64,000 bases of DNA from Parabacteroides distasonis (GTDB lineage: Bacteria; Bacteroidota; Bacteroidia; Bacteroidales; Tannerellaceae), in the NCBI GenBank assembly GCA_015060925.1, contig SUXM01000011.1, positions 247 to 64,246 of the forward strand, read 5' to 3'. Every line of letters begins with the position of its first letter. The first letter of the stretch is position 1. A program made the translations under genes and the position numbers. The notes under the pieces were generated by a model. The model did no database searches. It saw only the letters and a list, made by a program, of their open reading frames with translations, and was not told the DNA's origin. This document shows, piece by piece, positions 1 to 10,200 of the stretch.

Positions 1-1055
1 GATGTGAGTGCTAAGATGCTTTTGGATTCCGCAGACATCGGCAATCTCTTTCAGGTAGCTGTTCATATTCTGATTGCAAGGAACGGGGAGTAATACGCCA
101 CGCTTGATGCAAGTTGGGTTGTTCTCATATTTCTTGAGAATCGCCAATGGGATATCCAACAGCGGGATATTACACATATTATTTGTCTTTTGGCGTGTCT
201 TGCGAATCCAATAGTGTCCGTTGTTGTCTTGCACGATATGTTCGGCTGCGAGTTGTTGAACATCTATAAATGCTAATCCTGTAAAGGCTGCGAAGATAAA
301 CACATCACGCACCAATGCAAGGCGAGGCAGCGAAAACTCCTTTTGGTATATTGTCATAAGTTCGTCCATAGTCAAAAACTCGCGAACCACCTCTTTCTCG
401 TGAAACTTAATGCCCACAAAAGGATTCTTCTCTATCCATTCGTTGGCAAGTGCGAGGTTGATAATCTTCTTCAAGCACTTCATATAGCGGATAACGGTAT
501 TCTGCTGACAATTTTTCTCGGTTTTCAAATAGAACTCAAGGCTCGCACAAGTTCGCCGTTTACCTCCGTAATAGGCAAATCCTCTTTGTCATATTTCAGT
601 TTGATTAGTTCGGCAAGATAGCGGGTACAACTTTCGTATCGCCTTACGGTGATTAGGGCAAAATCTTTACCCACCAAAGCTCGGCATTGCTCGTTGTGCT
701 CACGCATAATACCGATGATGGTGCGTACTTGCTCCACCTTTTTGTCCACTCCAAAGAACTTTTCCTGTAATATTCGGGCAGTGATAAGTTCCCCATTCTC
801 TTCGAGTTGCGTATAGATTCGGTGGAGTTTGATTCGACTCTCCTCGATGTAATTGTTAAGCTCGGTTGATTTACGGCTTTTGCCCCTCGCACACTCCTTT
901 GCCTGGTTCCACGACACAGGCTCAATACTTTTACGGATGTTTGTTTCTACTCTTGCGCCATTGACTGTGATGCGCATACATACTGAAGCTTCTCCGTTTT
1001 TCAGCAGTTTGGTTTTCTTGATAAAGAAAAGTACATTAAATGAATCTCGTCTCAT
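1..1055 (-). pseudogene. Tyrosine integrase (Bacteroidetes type: arm-binding, SAM-like and catalytic domains), frameshifted near 538-540 and running off the window start
   Basis: ORF 525..1055 has the typical N-terminus (FNVLFFIKKTKLLKNGEASVCMRITVNG). A shifted frame continues open to base 1: EFYLKTEKNCQQNTVIRYMKCLKKIINLALANEWIEKNPF...RDVFIFAAFTGLAFIDV...RQKT...NSYLKEIADVCGIQKHLSTHI. Restoring one T (GCC TT[T] GAG) joins the two frames. Confidence 0.9.
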
Positions 1056-1088
1056 TTTCTCCTACTTTTAAGTTAAACATTTATTTGG

Positions 1089-1096
1089 CAAAAGTA
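1089..1096 (-). promoter_or_regulatory. Bacteroidetes -7 promoter element (TACTTTTG) for the integrase
   Basis: Matches TAnnTTTG about 35 nt upstream of the ATG. Confidence 0.55.
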
Positions 1097-1251
1097 AGAA
1101 TCCGAGTACGTTTTGACGCTATGCAAAATGTTGTGAATCAGCGAAAAAGGCTCTTTCAAGGTGGAGATGTTTGGAACACCCGTTTGCTCCACCTTCTGCT
1201 CCACCAAAGGCGGTCGTGAACCGCACTTTTTTGCGTTTTTTGGGAAAATAA

Positions 1252-1284
1252 AAAATCCCGATTTTCATTGAAAATCAGGATTTT
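1252..1284. repeat. 16-bp imperfect inverted repeat downstream of tRNA-Phe (terminator and/or att-associated site)
   Basis: aaaatcccgattttca-t-tgaaaatcaggatttt, 15/16 complementary. Confidence 0.6.
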
Positions 1285-1308
1285 ACGTTGTTTTGCTTTT
1301 CTTTGCTG

Positions 1309-1381
1309 TGGTGCCACCAGGAATCGAACCGGGGACACAAGGATTTTCAGTCCTTTGCTCTACCAACTGAGCTATGGCACC
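1309..1381 (-). tRNA. tRNA-Phe (GAA)
   Basis: GGTGCCATAGCTCAGTTGGTAGAGCAAAGGACTGAAAATCCTTGTGTCCCCGGTTCGATTCCTGGTGGCACCA folds as a cloverleaf; anticodon GAA; CCA not encoded. Confidence 0.97.
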
Positions 1382-1567
1382 GTTTTTGTTTTACGGGTGC
1401 AAAGGTAGTGTTTATTTGTAATACTCCAAATGTTTTTGGGTATTTTTTAATTAAATATTTATTTTTTTTCTCGTGGGGTAAGAATTTTTGCCTCGTTTAT
1501 GAAAAAAAATAGCAAAAGAGTTTGTGGTTTAAAATTTAGTTGTACCTTTGCACCCGTAATCAAAAAT

Positions 1568-1641
1568 CGGGATGTAGCACAGTTGGCTAGCGCGCCACGT
1601 TCGGGACGTGGAGGTCGGAAGTTCGAGTCTTCTCATCCCGA
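1568..1641 (+). tRNA. tRNA-Pro (CGG)
   Basis: CGGGATG...CATCCCG acceptor stem, anticodon arm CCACG-TTCGGGA-CGTGG, GTTCGAG T-loop. Confidence 0.97.
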
Positions 1642-1645
1642 CTTG

Positions 1646-1682
1646 AAAAAGGATAAATATCAAGAGGTATTTATCCTTTTTT
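1646..1682 (+). terminator. Intrinsic terminator after tRNA-Pro
   Basis: aaaaaggataaatatc-aaga-ggtatttatcctttttt. Confidence 0.8.
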
Positions 1683-1780
1683 AGTTTTATGGAGAAAGAG
1701 CAGCTTTAATCAATCAAATTTGATATTAAAACTATTTTATATCCGGTTAATTCTTTACATTTGCCATAAAATTTGCGATT

Positions 1781-3691
1781 ATGAGAGAATGCAAGGATGA
1801 GTACATATTAAATAAGATAGATTCTCCTGAGGATTTGCGTAATCTGTCTCCGGATAAGCTAAATCAAGTATGTGCAGAGTTGCGTCAATATATAATAGAT
1901 ATACTTTCCGAAAATCCCGGCCATTTAGGAGCCAGCCTGGGAACAGTCGAATTGACTGTCGCTCTCCATTATGTTTTTAATACCCCTTATGATCGTATTG
2001 TGTGGGACGTGGGTCATCAAGCCTATGGGCACAAGATTTTGACCGGCCGCCGAGAGGCTTTTCATTCGTTGCGCAGGTTTAAAGGAATCAGTGGTTTTCC
2101 TAATCCGCAGGAGAGTGAATATGATGCTTTTGTCGCTGGTCATGCCTCCAATTCTATTTCTGCGGCTATGGGTATGTCGGTCGCTTCTGCATTGAAAGAA
2201 GAGAAGGAACGACATGTGGTTGCTGTGATAGGTGATGGTGCCATGACAGGGGGGTTGGCTTTTGAAGGTCTCAACAATGCTTCTGCCAATCCGAATAATA
2301 TGCTTATCATCTTGAATGATAATGATATGTCGATTGACAGGCCGGTAGGAGGATTAAGCCAGTATTTGGTGGATATCACAACGAGCCAGACGTATAACAA
2401 GATGCGTTATGATGTCTATAAGGGGCTTCGTAAGATGAATTTGATTAATAATAATCGGAGAGGAAATATTCTTCGTTTTAATAATAGTTTAAAGGCTTTG
2501 CTTACCCAGCAGCATAATTTGTTTGAAGGGTTCAGTATCCGTTATTTTGGCCCTGTTGATGGCCATGATGTGGATTATTTGGTAAAGGTGCTGAATGATA
2601 TCAAGGATTTGCAGGGACCGAAGCTTTTGCATATCAAGACTAAGAAAGGGAAAGGATTCAAACCGGCAGAGGAGTCTGCAACCGAATGGCATGCTCCGGG
2701 ATTGTTTAACAAAGAGACCGGCGAACGTATTATCAGTCATAAACTGAATGAACCCCAGTTATACCAAGATGTGTTTGGGCATACTTTGGTTGAATTGGCA
2801 GAAAAGGATGAACGAATAGTGGGGGTTACTCCGGCTATGCCTACTGGATGTTCGATGAGCTATATGATGAAGGTTTTTCCGAAACGCTCTTTTGACGTGG
2901 GAATTGCCGAGGGGCATGCTGTTACCTTTTCAGCCGGACTTGCCAAAGATGGGATGATCCCTTTCTGTAATATCTACTCTTCATTTATGCAAAGGGCGTA
3001 TGATATGGTGATCCATGATGTCGCTTTGCAGAACCTTCACATGGTAATCTGTTTAGACCGAGCAGGGTTAGTAGGTGAAGATGGAGCTACCCATCATGGC
3101 GTTTTGGACTTGGCCTATTTGCGTCCGGTCCCTAATCTGATAATCTCTTCTCCATTGAATGAATGGGACTTGCGTAATCTGATGTTTACTGGATGTACTG
3201 CAAACAAGGCTCCGTTTGTGATTCGTTATCCGAGAGGAAAAGGGGAGTTGTCGGATTGGCAGAATGAAATGCAAGTCTTGCCAATAGGAAAGGGAAAGAA
3301 ATTGCGGAAAGGAAAAGATATAGCGATCCTTTCTTTAGGCCCTATAGGCAATGAGGTTGTCAAAGCAATAGATGAGGTCGAACAAGAGGGAGTGTCTGTC
3401 GCCCATTATGATATGATCTATTTGAAGCCGATGGATGAGGAACTATTACATGAAGTTGGTACACGCTTTGAACATGTCATTACGGTGGAAAATGGAGTGG
3501 TAAAAGGTGGATTGGGTAGTGCCGTTTTGGAATTTATGGCAGACCATGGTTATAGGCCGTATGTGAAACGTATTGGTGTCCCCGATGCGTTTATCGAACA
3601 TGGGACAATTCCTGATTTGTATAAGTTGTGTGGTATGGATGCATGTAGCATAGCTTCTGAGATCAGAAAGATGGTGGGAAAGGATAATTGA
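1781..3691 (+). CDS. dxs: 1-deoxy-D-xylulose-5-phosphate synthase
   Basis: [35 protein letters not shown] motif, [13 protein letters not shown]. Confidence 0.97.
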   Translation: MRECKDEYILNKIDSPEDLRNLSPDKLNQVCAELRQYIIDILSENPGHLGASLGTVELTVALHYVFNTPYDRIVWDVGHQAYGHKILTGRREAFHSLRRFKGISGFPNPQESEYDAFVAGHASNSISAAMGMSVASALKEEKERHVVAVIGDGAMTGGLAFEGLNNASANPNNMLIILNDNDMSIDRPVGGLSQYLVDITTSQTYNKMRYDVYKGLRKMNLINNNRRGNILRFNNSLKALLTQQHNLFEGFSIRYFGPVDGHDVDYLVKVLNDIKDLQGPKLLHIKTKKGKGFKPAEESATEWHAPGLFNKETGERIISHKLNEPQLYQDVFGHTLVELAEKDERIVGVTPAMPTGCSMSYMMKVFPKRSFDVGIAEGHAVTFSAGLAKDGMIPFCNIYSSFMQRAYDMVIHDVALQNLHMVICLDRAGLVGEDGATHHGVLDLAYLRPVPNLIISSPLNEWDLRNLMFTGCTANKAPFVIRYPRGKGELSDWQNEMQVLPIGKGKKLRKGKDIAILSLGPIGNEVVKAIDEVEQEGVSVAHYDMIYLKPMDEELLHEVGTRFEHVITVENGVVKGGLGSAVLEFMADHGYRPYVKRIGVPDAFIEHGTIPDLYKLCGMDACSIASEIRKMVGKDN

Positions 3692-3709
3692 TTCTTAAAG
3701 AAAGATCAG

Positions 3710-5047
3710 ATGAAAATCATTATAGCTGGAGCTGGTGAAGTTGGTACGCATTTGGCCAAGATGTTGTCACAGGAAAAACATGACATCATTTTGATGGATC
3801 CCAGTGAAGAACGTTTGAATTTTACAAACTCAAGTATGGAAATCCTGCCTATGGTGGGTAATCCAACATCTATCAGGGAATTGGAAGAGGCCGGTATCAA
3901 GAAAGCTGATTTGTTTATCAGTGTGACACCGGAGGAAACGACTAATATTGCAGCAAGTATGTTGGCATCGAAGTTGGGGGCTCGTAAAACTTTGACCCGA
4001 ATAAATAATTACGAGTATTTATTGCCGAAAAACAAGGAATTGTTTGAAAATATGGGCATTGACTCCATGATTTATCCTGAAATGCTTGCAGCAAAAGAGA
4101 TTGTGACTGCAGTCAAACGTCCTTGGACTCGTCAGTACTGGGAGTTGTTTGGTGGGGCTTTGATTTTGATAGGAGCGAAGATTCGGGAAAATTCTAAACT
4201 TGTAAATAAACAACTGTTTGAGTTGTTGAGCGAACAAAAGTTGTATCATATCGTGGCTATTAAAAGAAAAAACGAGACGATTATTCCGCGAGGCTTAGAT
4301 CGGATCGAGGCCGGTGATATTGTATTTTTTACTACGACAAAGGAACATATTGAGGATGTACGTCTGCTTGCCGGTAAACCTGATTTGGAGGTAAAGAAGG
4401 TTATTATAATGGGAGGTAGCCGTATTGCTATCAGAACATGCCAATATCTTCCGAATAACATTCGAGTTAAGATTATTGAACCAAATAAAGAAAAAGCTCA
4501 TCGTGTCGCAGAAAAAGTTCCAAGCAATGTTTTGATTATTAATGGAGATGGACGTGATACGGATTTGTTAATGCAAGAGGGTATTAACGATGCGCAGGCT
4601 TTTATCGCATTAACCGAAAACTCCAGTACCAATATTTTGGCCTGTCTTGCTGCGAAACGCATGGGAGTCTTTAAAACCATTGCAAAAATAGAGAATATAG
4701 ATTATATATCTTTGGCGGAAAGCATGGATATCGGGGCGGTGATCAATAAGAAACTGATAGCTGCCAGCCATATCTACCGTTTTTTGCTTGATGCCGATGT
4801 CTCCAATGTCAAATGCCTTACTTTTGCGAATGCTGATGTGGCAGAGTTAGTTGCTCGTCCTAATTCAAAAATTACCCGTAAGCAGGTGAAAGATTTGAAC
4901 TTACCAAAAGATATGACATTGGGAGGCTTGATTCGTGATGGTAAACCGATGATGATCAAGGGGGATACACATATCCAAGCCTATGACCATGTGGTTGTGT
5001 TCTGTCTGGATACAGCTATGCGTAAATTAGAGGATTATTTTAATTGA
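3710..5047 (+). CDS. trkA: Trk potassium uptake NAD-binding subunit
   Basis: Two RCK domains (IIAGAGEVG; IMGGSRIA), 445 aa. Confidence 0.95.
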   Translation: MKIIIAGAGEVGTHLAKMLSQEKHDIILMDPSEERLNFTNSSMEILPMVGNPTSIRELEEAGIKKADLFISVTPEETTNIAASMLASKLGARKTLTRINNYEYLLPKNKELFENMGIDSMIYPEMLAAKEIVTAVKRPWTRQYWELFGGALILIGAKIRENSKLVNKQLFELLSEQKLYHIVAIKRKNETIIPRGLDRIEAGDIVFFTTTKEHIEDVRLLAGKPDLEVKKVIIMGGSRIAIRTCQYLPNNIRVKIIEPNKEKAHRVAEKVPSNVLIINGDGRDTDLLMQEGINDAQAFIALTENSSTNILACLAAKRMGVFKTIAKIENIDYISLAESMDIGAVINKKLIAASHIYRFLLDADVSNVKCLTFANADVAELVARPNSKITRKQVKDLNLPKDMTLGGLIRDGKPMMIKGDTHIQAYDHVVVFCLDTAMRKLEDYFN

Positions 5048-5048
5048 T

Positions 5049-6503
5049 ATGTTGAATATCCGTTTTATATTAAAAATGTTGGGGATCATGTTTATCCTCG
5101 AAACATTTTTTATGTTGTTGGCTACGGCTGTTTCCTACTGGTATAAGGGGGATGATTTCCCCGCTTTCCTTCAAACAAGTGGGTTGATGCTTGGTGTTGG
5201 CCTTCTTTTTACTTTGATAGGATATAGGGCTGATGATCATACGACCGGCCGTAGGGAAGGGATGCTGATTGTCTCTTTTACGTGGATCTTTTTCTCTTTG
5301 TTTGGTATGTTGCCCTATTATTTAAGTGGATATATTGATAATGTGACAGATGCGTTCTTTGAGACGATGTCTGGTTTTACTACTACCGGATCTACGATAT
5401 TGAGAGATATTGAGGCGTTGCCTCATGGATTGTTATTCTGGAGAAGCTTGACTCAGTGGGAAGGAGGATTGGGGATCATCGTGTTTACGGTAGCTATCCT
5501 CCCTATGATTGGTGGAGGAGTGATCCAGATGTTTAATGCTGAAATGCCGGGTATCACGCATGAACGGTTTTTGCCCCGTGTGACACAGGTTGCCAAGCGC
5601 TTATGTGGGGTTTATCTGTTCTTAACTGTTGTTTTGATTGGACTGTTATGGGCTGGACCGATGGATTTGTTTGATGCTGTTAATCATGCGCTTACCTGTA
5701 TTGCAACAGGTGGTTATTCAACGAAAAATGCAAGTATTGCTCATTGGAATTCAGCATATATTGAATATGTGATTACTTTCTTTATGTTTGTGGGAGCAAC
5801 CAATATCACGCTTATCTATTTCTGTTTGAATGGAACCCCAAAAAAGCTATTGAAAGATGAGGAGACACGTTGGTATTTTTGGGTGGTAGCGATTGCTACT
5901 GTTGCTACTATGATTTGGGTGTTAAGCAAAGGATTTGTATCGGGGTTTGAGGAGGCTTTCAGACAGTCTGTATTCCAAGTGGTCACATTGATAACTACCT
6001 GTGGGTATGCCACCGTGGATTATATATCATGGGGCTCTTTTTTCTGGCTTGTGGCGTTGTTCTTGATGTTGGTTTGTGGTTGTGCCGGTTCAACCAGTGG
6101 AGGATTGAAGATGGGACGTTTTGTTATCCTTGCCAAGAACTTGCTGAATGAGTTTAAAAAACAGACTCACCCGAATGCGATTCTTCCGGTTCGTATGAAT
6201 GATCATGCCGTTTCCAGAGATGTGGTACATCGGGTGTTGGCGTTTACTTTTGTTTATGTAGGGTTGATATTTTTTTGTTGTATCATCTTGACATTGGATG
6301 GAATGGGATTTGAGGAGACGATAGGGGCATCTGTTTCTGCGGTAGGTAATATAGGACCGGCGTTGGGGAGCTTGGGCCCTGTAGAGAATTATGCGGATGT
6401 ACCTGTACTATCCAAGTGGGTTATATCTTTTTTGATGTTGGTCGGCCGTTTGGAAATCTTCACGATTGTTACCATATTATTGCCAGGATTTTGGAAACAA
6501 TAA
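5049..6503 (+). CDS. trkH: Trk potassium uptake membrane subunit
   Basis: FFETMSGFTTTG, ATGGYS, GSTSGGLK, GNIGP and GRLEIF pore motifs. Confidence 0.95.
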   Translation: MLNIRFILKMLGIMFILETFFMLLATAVSYWYKGDDFPAFLQTSGLMLGVGLLFTLIGYRADDHTTGRREGMLIVSFTWIFFSLFGMLPYYLSGYIDNVTDAFFETMSGFTTTGSTILRDIEALPHGLLFWRSLTQWEGGLGIIVFTVAILPMIGGGVIQMFNAEMPGITHERFLPRVTQVAKRLCGVYLFLTVVLIGLLWAGPMDLFDAVNHALTCIATGGYSTKNASIAHWNSAYIEYVITFFMFVGATNITLIYFCLNGTPKKLLKDEETRWYFWVVAIATVATMIWVLSKGFVSGFEEAFRQSVFQVVTLITTCGYATVDYISWGSFFWLVALFLMLVCGCAGSTSGGLKMGRFVILAKNLLNEFKKQTHPNAILPVRMNDHAVSRDVVHRVLAFTFVYVGLIFFCCIILTLDGMGFEETIGASVSAVGNIGPALGSLGPVENYADVPVLSKWVISFLMLVGRLEIFTIVTILLPGFWKQ

Positions 6504-6594
6504 TCTCTATTCTAAATATTAATTTATAGGAAAATATACGCTTTTGTGTTATTTTGCGTTATAATAGGTACGAATCATTAAGATGTGATGCAAA

Positions 6595-7200
6595 ATGATA
6601 GAATATATCAAGGGAGAAATTGTTGAATTAGCTCCTGCCCGCATGGTTTTGGAGTGTGCAGGAATTGGGTATGAACTGAATATTTCTCTGAATACATATA
6701 GCTTTTTTAATGGGAAACGGGAGGGTAAGATTTACGTATATGAGGTGATACGTGAAGATGCCCATCTGCTCTTTGGATTTGCAGAGAAGGTTGAGCGTGA
6801 ACTGTTCCTGTTGCTTACTTCCGTTTCCGGTGTAGGTCCCAATACGGCACGAATGATTTTATCTTCATTGCCTCCTTCCGATTTGATTCGGGTGATTGCT
6901 GAAAAGAATGAAACCGCATTGACTTCCGTCAAAGGAATAGGTTTAAAGACTGCCCAACGTATTCTTGTGGATTTGAAGAGCAAGGTGAAGAACATGGAGG
7001 GGGCTACCGTAGAATCGAAAGAGATTGTATCGTCTGCCCTTGCAGGTAATCAGCATGTGGTGGTTGATGAAGCTGTGGCAGCATTGGTGATGTTAGGCTT
7101 CCAGAAAGCGGCTTCACAGAAGGTGGTTCATACCATTTTGAAGGGTTCGCCGGCATTGACTGTCGAACAAGTGATAAAGACAGCATTAAGAATGCTTTAA
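6595..7200 (+). CDS. ruvA: Holliday junction branch migration protein RuvA
   Basis: [36 protein letters not shown]. Confidence 0.97.
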   Translation: MIEYIKGEIVELAPARMVLECAGIGYELNISLNTYSFFNGKREGKIYVYEVIREDAHLLFGFAEKVERELFLLLTSVSGVGPNTARMILSSLPPSDLIRVIAEKNETALTSVKGIGLKTAQRILVDLKSKVKNMEGATVESKEIVSSALAGNQHVVVDEAVAALVMLGFQKAASQKVVHTILKGSPALTVEQVIKTALRML

Positions 7201-7250
7201 AGGTTGAAAGCTTACGGCTTTGGACGGTTTAGCCGGCTTTCAAGAATAAT

Positions 7251-10200
7251 ATGAGAAGATTGTTTAAATATATACTTTGGATAACAATTCTACTGTTTGG
7301 TGCAGGTCTGTATTCCCTAAATGCAGATTTTCTGGCTTATACATCGTCGTTGCCGGATCTTGAATTGTTGACACCTCCGGAAGAGGATACGATCCGGAAG
7401 GTGAAGACGCGTTATCCTGTAGCCAAGACCGTCCCGGAGGAGTATCAGGACATTCTGAAGCAATCCCCTGCGGATTTGAAAACTCCTGAGAATGTAAAGA
7501 CTACGATTGAATATGATATTCATACTGGTAAATATGTTGTTCGTACCAAATTAGGCGAATTTGACCTCTCTACTCCAATCTTGTTGACACCGGAAGAGTA
7601 TCAAGATTACAGTTTCCAGAAATCAATCCAATCCTATTATCGTCAGAAGAATGAAGAGGAATTTCAGAAGGCGATGAACAAGGAGTTCAATTTAACAGAT
7701 ATGCAGTTTAATATTGGAGCTGCGGAACGTATCTTTGGTCCGGGGGGAGTACGTGTGAGAACCCAAGGTTCTGCATCCGTTGAGATAGGATTGAAACAGA
7801 ACAAGACAAAAAATCCCTCGTTACCGGAGCGAGCACGGAACCGCACCTTTTTCAACTTCGATGAGAATGTGCAGCTGAACGTGCAGGCATCGGTTGGAAC
7901 GAAGGTGAATTTTGATATGAATTATAATACCGAAACCTCTTTCGACTTTGATTCCAAGAAACTTAAACTCGCTTATACCGGTGAGGAAGATGAAATCATC
8001 AAATCATTGGAGGCCGGTAACGTGAGTATGACCACCAGCAATTCTTTGATTAATGGTGGGGCGGCTTTGTTTGGTATGAAGGCTGATTTGCAATTTGGCA
8101 AGTTACGAGTGAATGCTCTATTTGCTCAGCAGGAATCGGAATCTAAAACGGTTAGTTCCAAAGGGGGAGTACAGACTAAGCCTTTTGAGTTGACTGTTGA
8201 CCAATATGATGAGAACCGCCACTTCTTCTTGTCCCATTATTTCCGTGACCGATATGATGAGGCGGTAAAGAATCTGCCATCCATTTCTTCTCCAGTGAAG
8301 ATAAACAAGATCGAGGTATGGATTACCAATAAACGAAGCAATTATGACCAATCACGTAATATTGTCGCTTTTTCAGATTTGGCCGAACATGAACAGGTAC
8401 ATATCTATAACAAGGTGGCTGTTTCTCCTTCGGGCACTAAGCCTATCCCTTATAATAATACCAATACGTTGTATAACGTTTTGACTCAGCAATATGCGGC
8501 TGCTCGTGACATTAGTACGGTGAACCAAGCCATCGGCAATGATTTTGTCAATGGATTGGAATATGAAAAGGTGGAAAGTGCCCGCCTATTGGATCCTTCC
8601 GAGTATTCGATCAATACTCAGCTTGGATATATCTCATTGAAAACACAATTACAGGCAGATGAGGTGTTGGCTGTAGCCTACAATTTTACCTATTCGGACG
8701 GACAAACCTATCAAGTTGGTGAATTTTCAACAGATAATCCCTCTTCGGCTAATGCCTGTTTGTATGTGAAGTTGTTGAAAGGTACTTCTATGTCTCCCAA
8801 TATGCCATTCTGGGATTTGATGATGAAGAACGTCTATTCTTTGGGTGCCTATTCGGTACAGAAAGAAAAATTCCGTTTGAATGTCATGTACCAGAGTGAT
8901 ACGACAGGTACTTATGTCAACTATCTTCCAGAAGGAGCTATTGCCAATCAGATTCTATTGAGAGTATTGAATTTGGATAACCTTGACTCTAATAACGAAC
9001 GTCATGCCGATGGTATTTTCGACTTTGTGGATGGATATACCGTTCTTGCAGAAAATGGAAAGATCATTTTCCCATCTGTAGAACCATTTGGCTCTTATCT
9101 AAGGAAACAGATTAATAATGATGCAATTGCAGATAAGTATGTTTTCCAAGAATTGTATGATTCTACGCTTACCATTGCACGTCAGATTGCGGAAAAGAAT
9201 AAGTTTATCCTGCAAGGGGAGTATAAAGCCTCTTCAGGAGCTGAGATACAGTTAGGAGCTTCCAATGTGGCAAGAGGTTCCGTAAAGGTGACAGCCGGAG
9301 GAGCAATCTTGACGGAAAATGTGGATTATACGGTAGATTATACCTCCGGAGTCGTGACTATTTTGAACGAAAGCATTATAGCATCAGGTACTCCTGTCAG
9401 TGTCTCATTGGAAAACCAGACAGCTTATAATATGCAACGTAAAACCATGATGGGGTTGGATTTGAACTACCAGTTTAATCCGAACTTTATGATCGGGACA
9501 ACCATCATGCATATGTCGGAGATGCCTCTTACAACCAAAACCGTAATGGGTGATGAGGCAATCAAAAATACTTTATGGGGAGCGAATATGTCCTATAAGG
9601 GGGAAAGTCAGTGGTTGACCAATATGTTTGACAAGTTACCGTTATTGACATTGAGTAAACCGAGCCAGATTTCTTTCAATGCGGAGTTTGCCCATTTGAT
9701 AGCCGGTCATTATGAAAATAAAAATACAGGGGGATATTCCTATTTGGATGATTTTGAATCGACTCAGAGTAATATTGATTTAACAGACCCTTATCCTTGG
9801 CAGTTGTCAAGTGTTCCTTACAATGATGGAAATCAGTTATTCCCCGGTGCAGAACTTGTGAATAATATTGATTATGGTAAAAGTCGTGCACTATTGGCTT
9901 GGTATCGGATTGATGGTCTGTTTACTCGACAAAATTCATCCTTGCGCCCTAAGTATATAACCAAAGACGATTTGTCGAATCATTATGTACGTGCGATACA
10001 GTCGAATGAGTTGTTCCCGGAACGCCAGCAGACGATGAGTGAAAGTAATACTTTGAATGTATTGAACTTGGCTTATTATCCGAATGAACGTGGTCCGTAT
10101 AACTTGGATGCGGATTATATTAATCCGGATGGTACATTACAAAATCCGGAAAAGCGTTTTGGGGGTATGATGCGCCGTATCGAACAGAGTGATTTTGAAA

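Larger units (their letters stand above)
1..1330. mobile_element. Boundary (att junction) of an integrative element inserted at the 3' end of tRNA-Phe; the element extends left beyond the window
   Basis: The integrase starts ~250 bp past the tRNA-Phe 3' end and points away from it; repeats lie in the spacer. The exact crossover cannot be fixed without the other att copy. Confidence 0.7.

Noticed and set aside
1156-1684. ORFs 1156..1338, 1288..1512 and 1499..1684
   Set aside because: They overlap the two tRNA genes and their promoters
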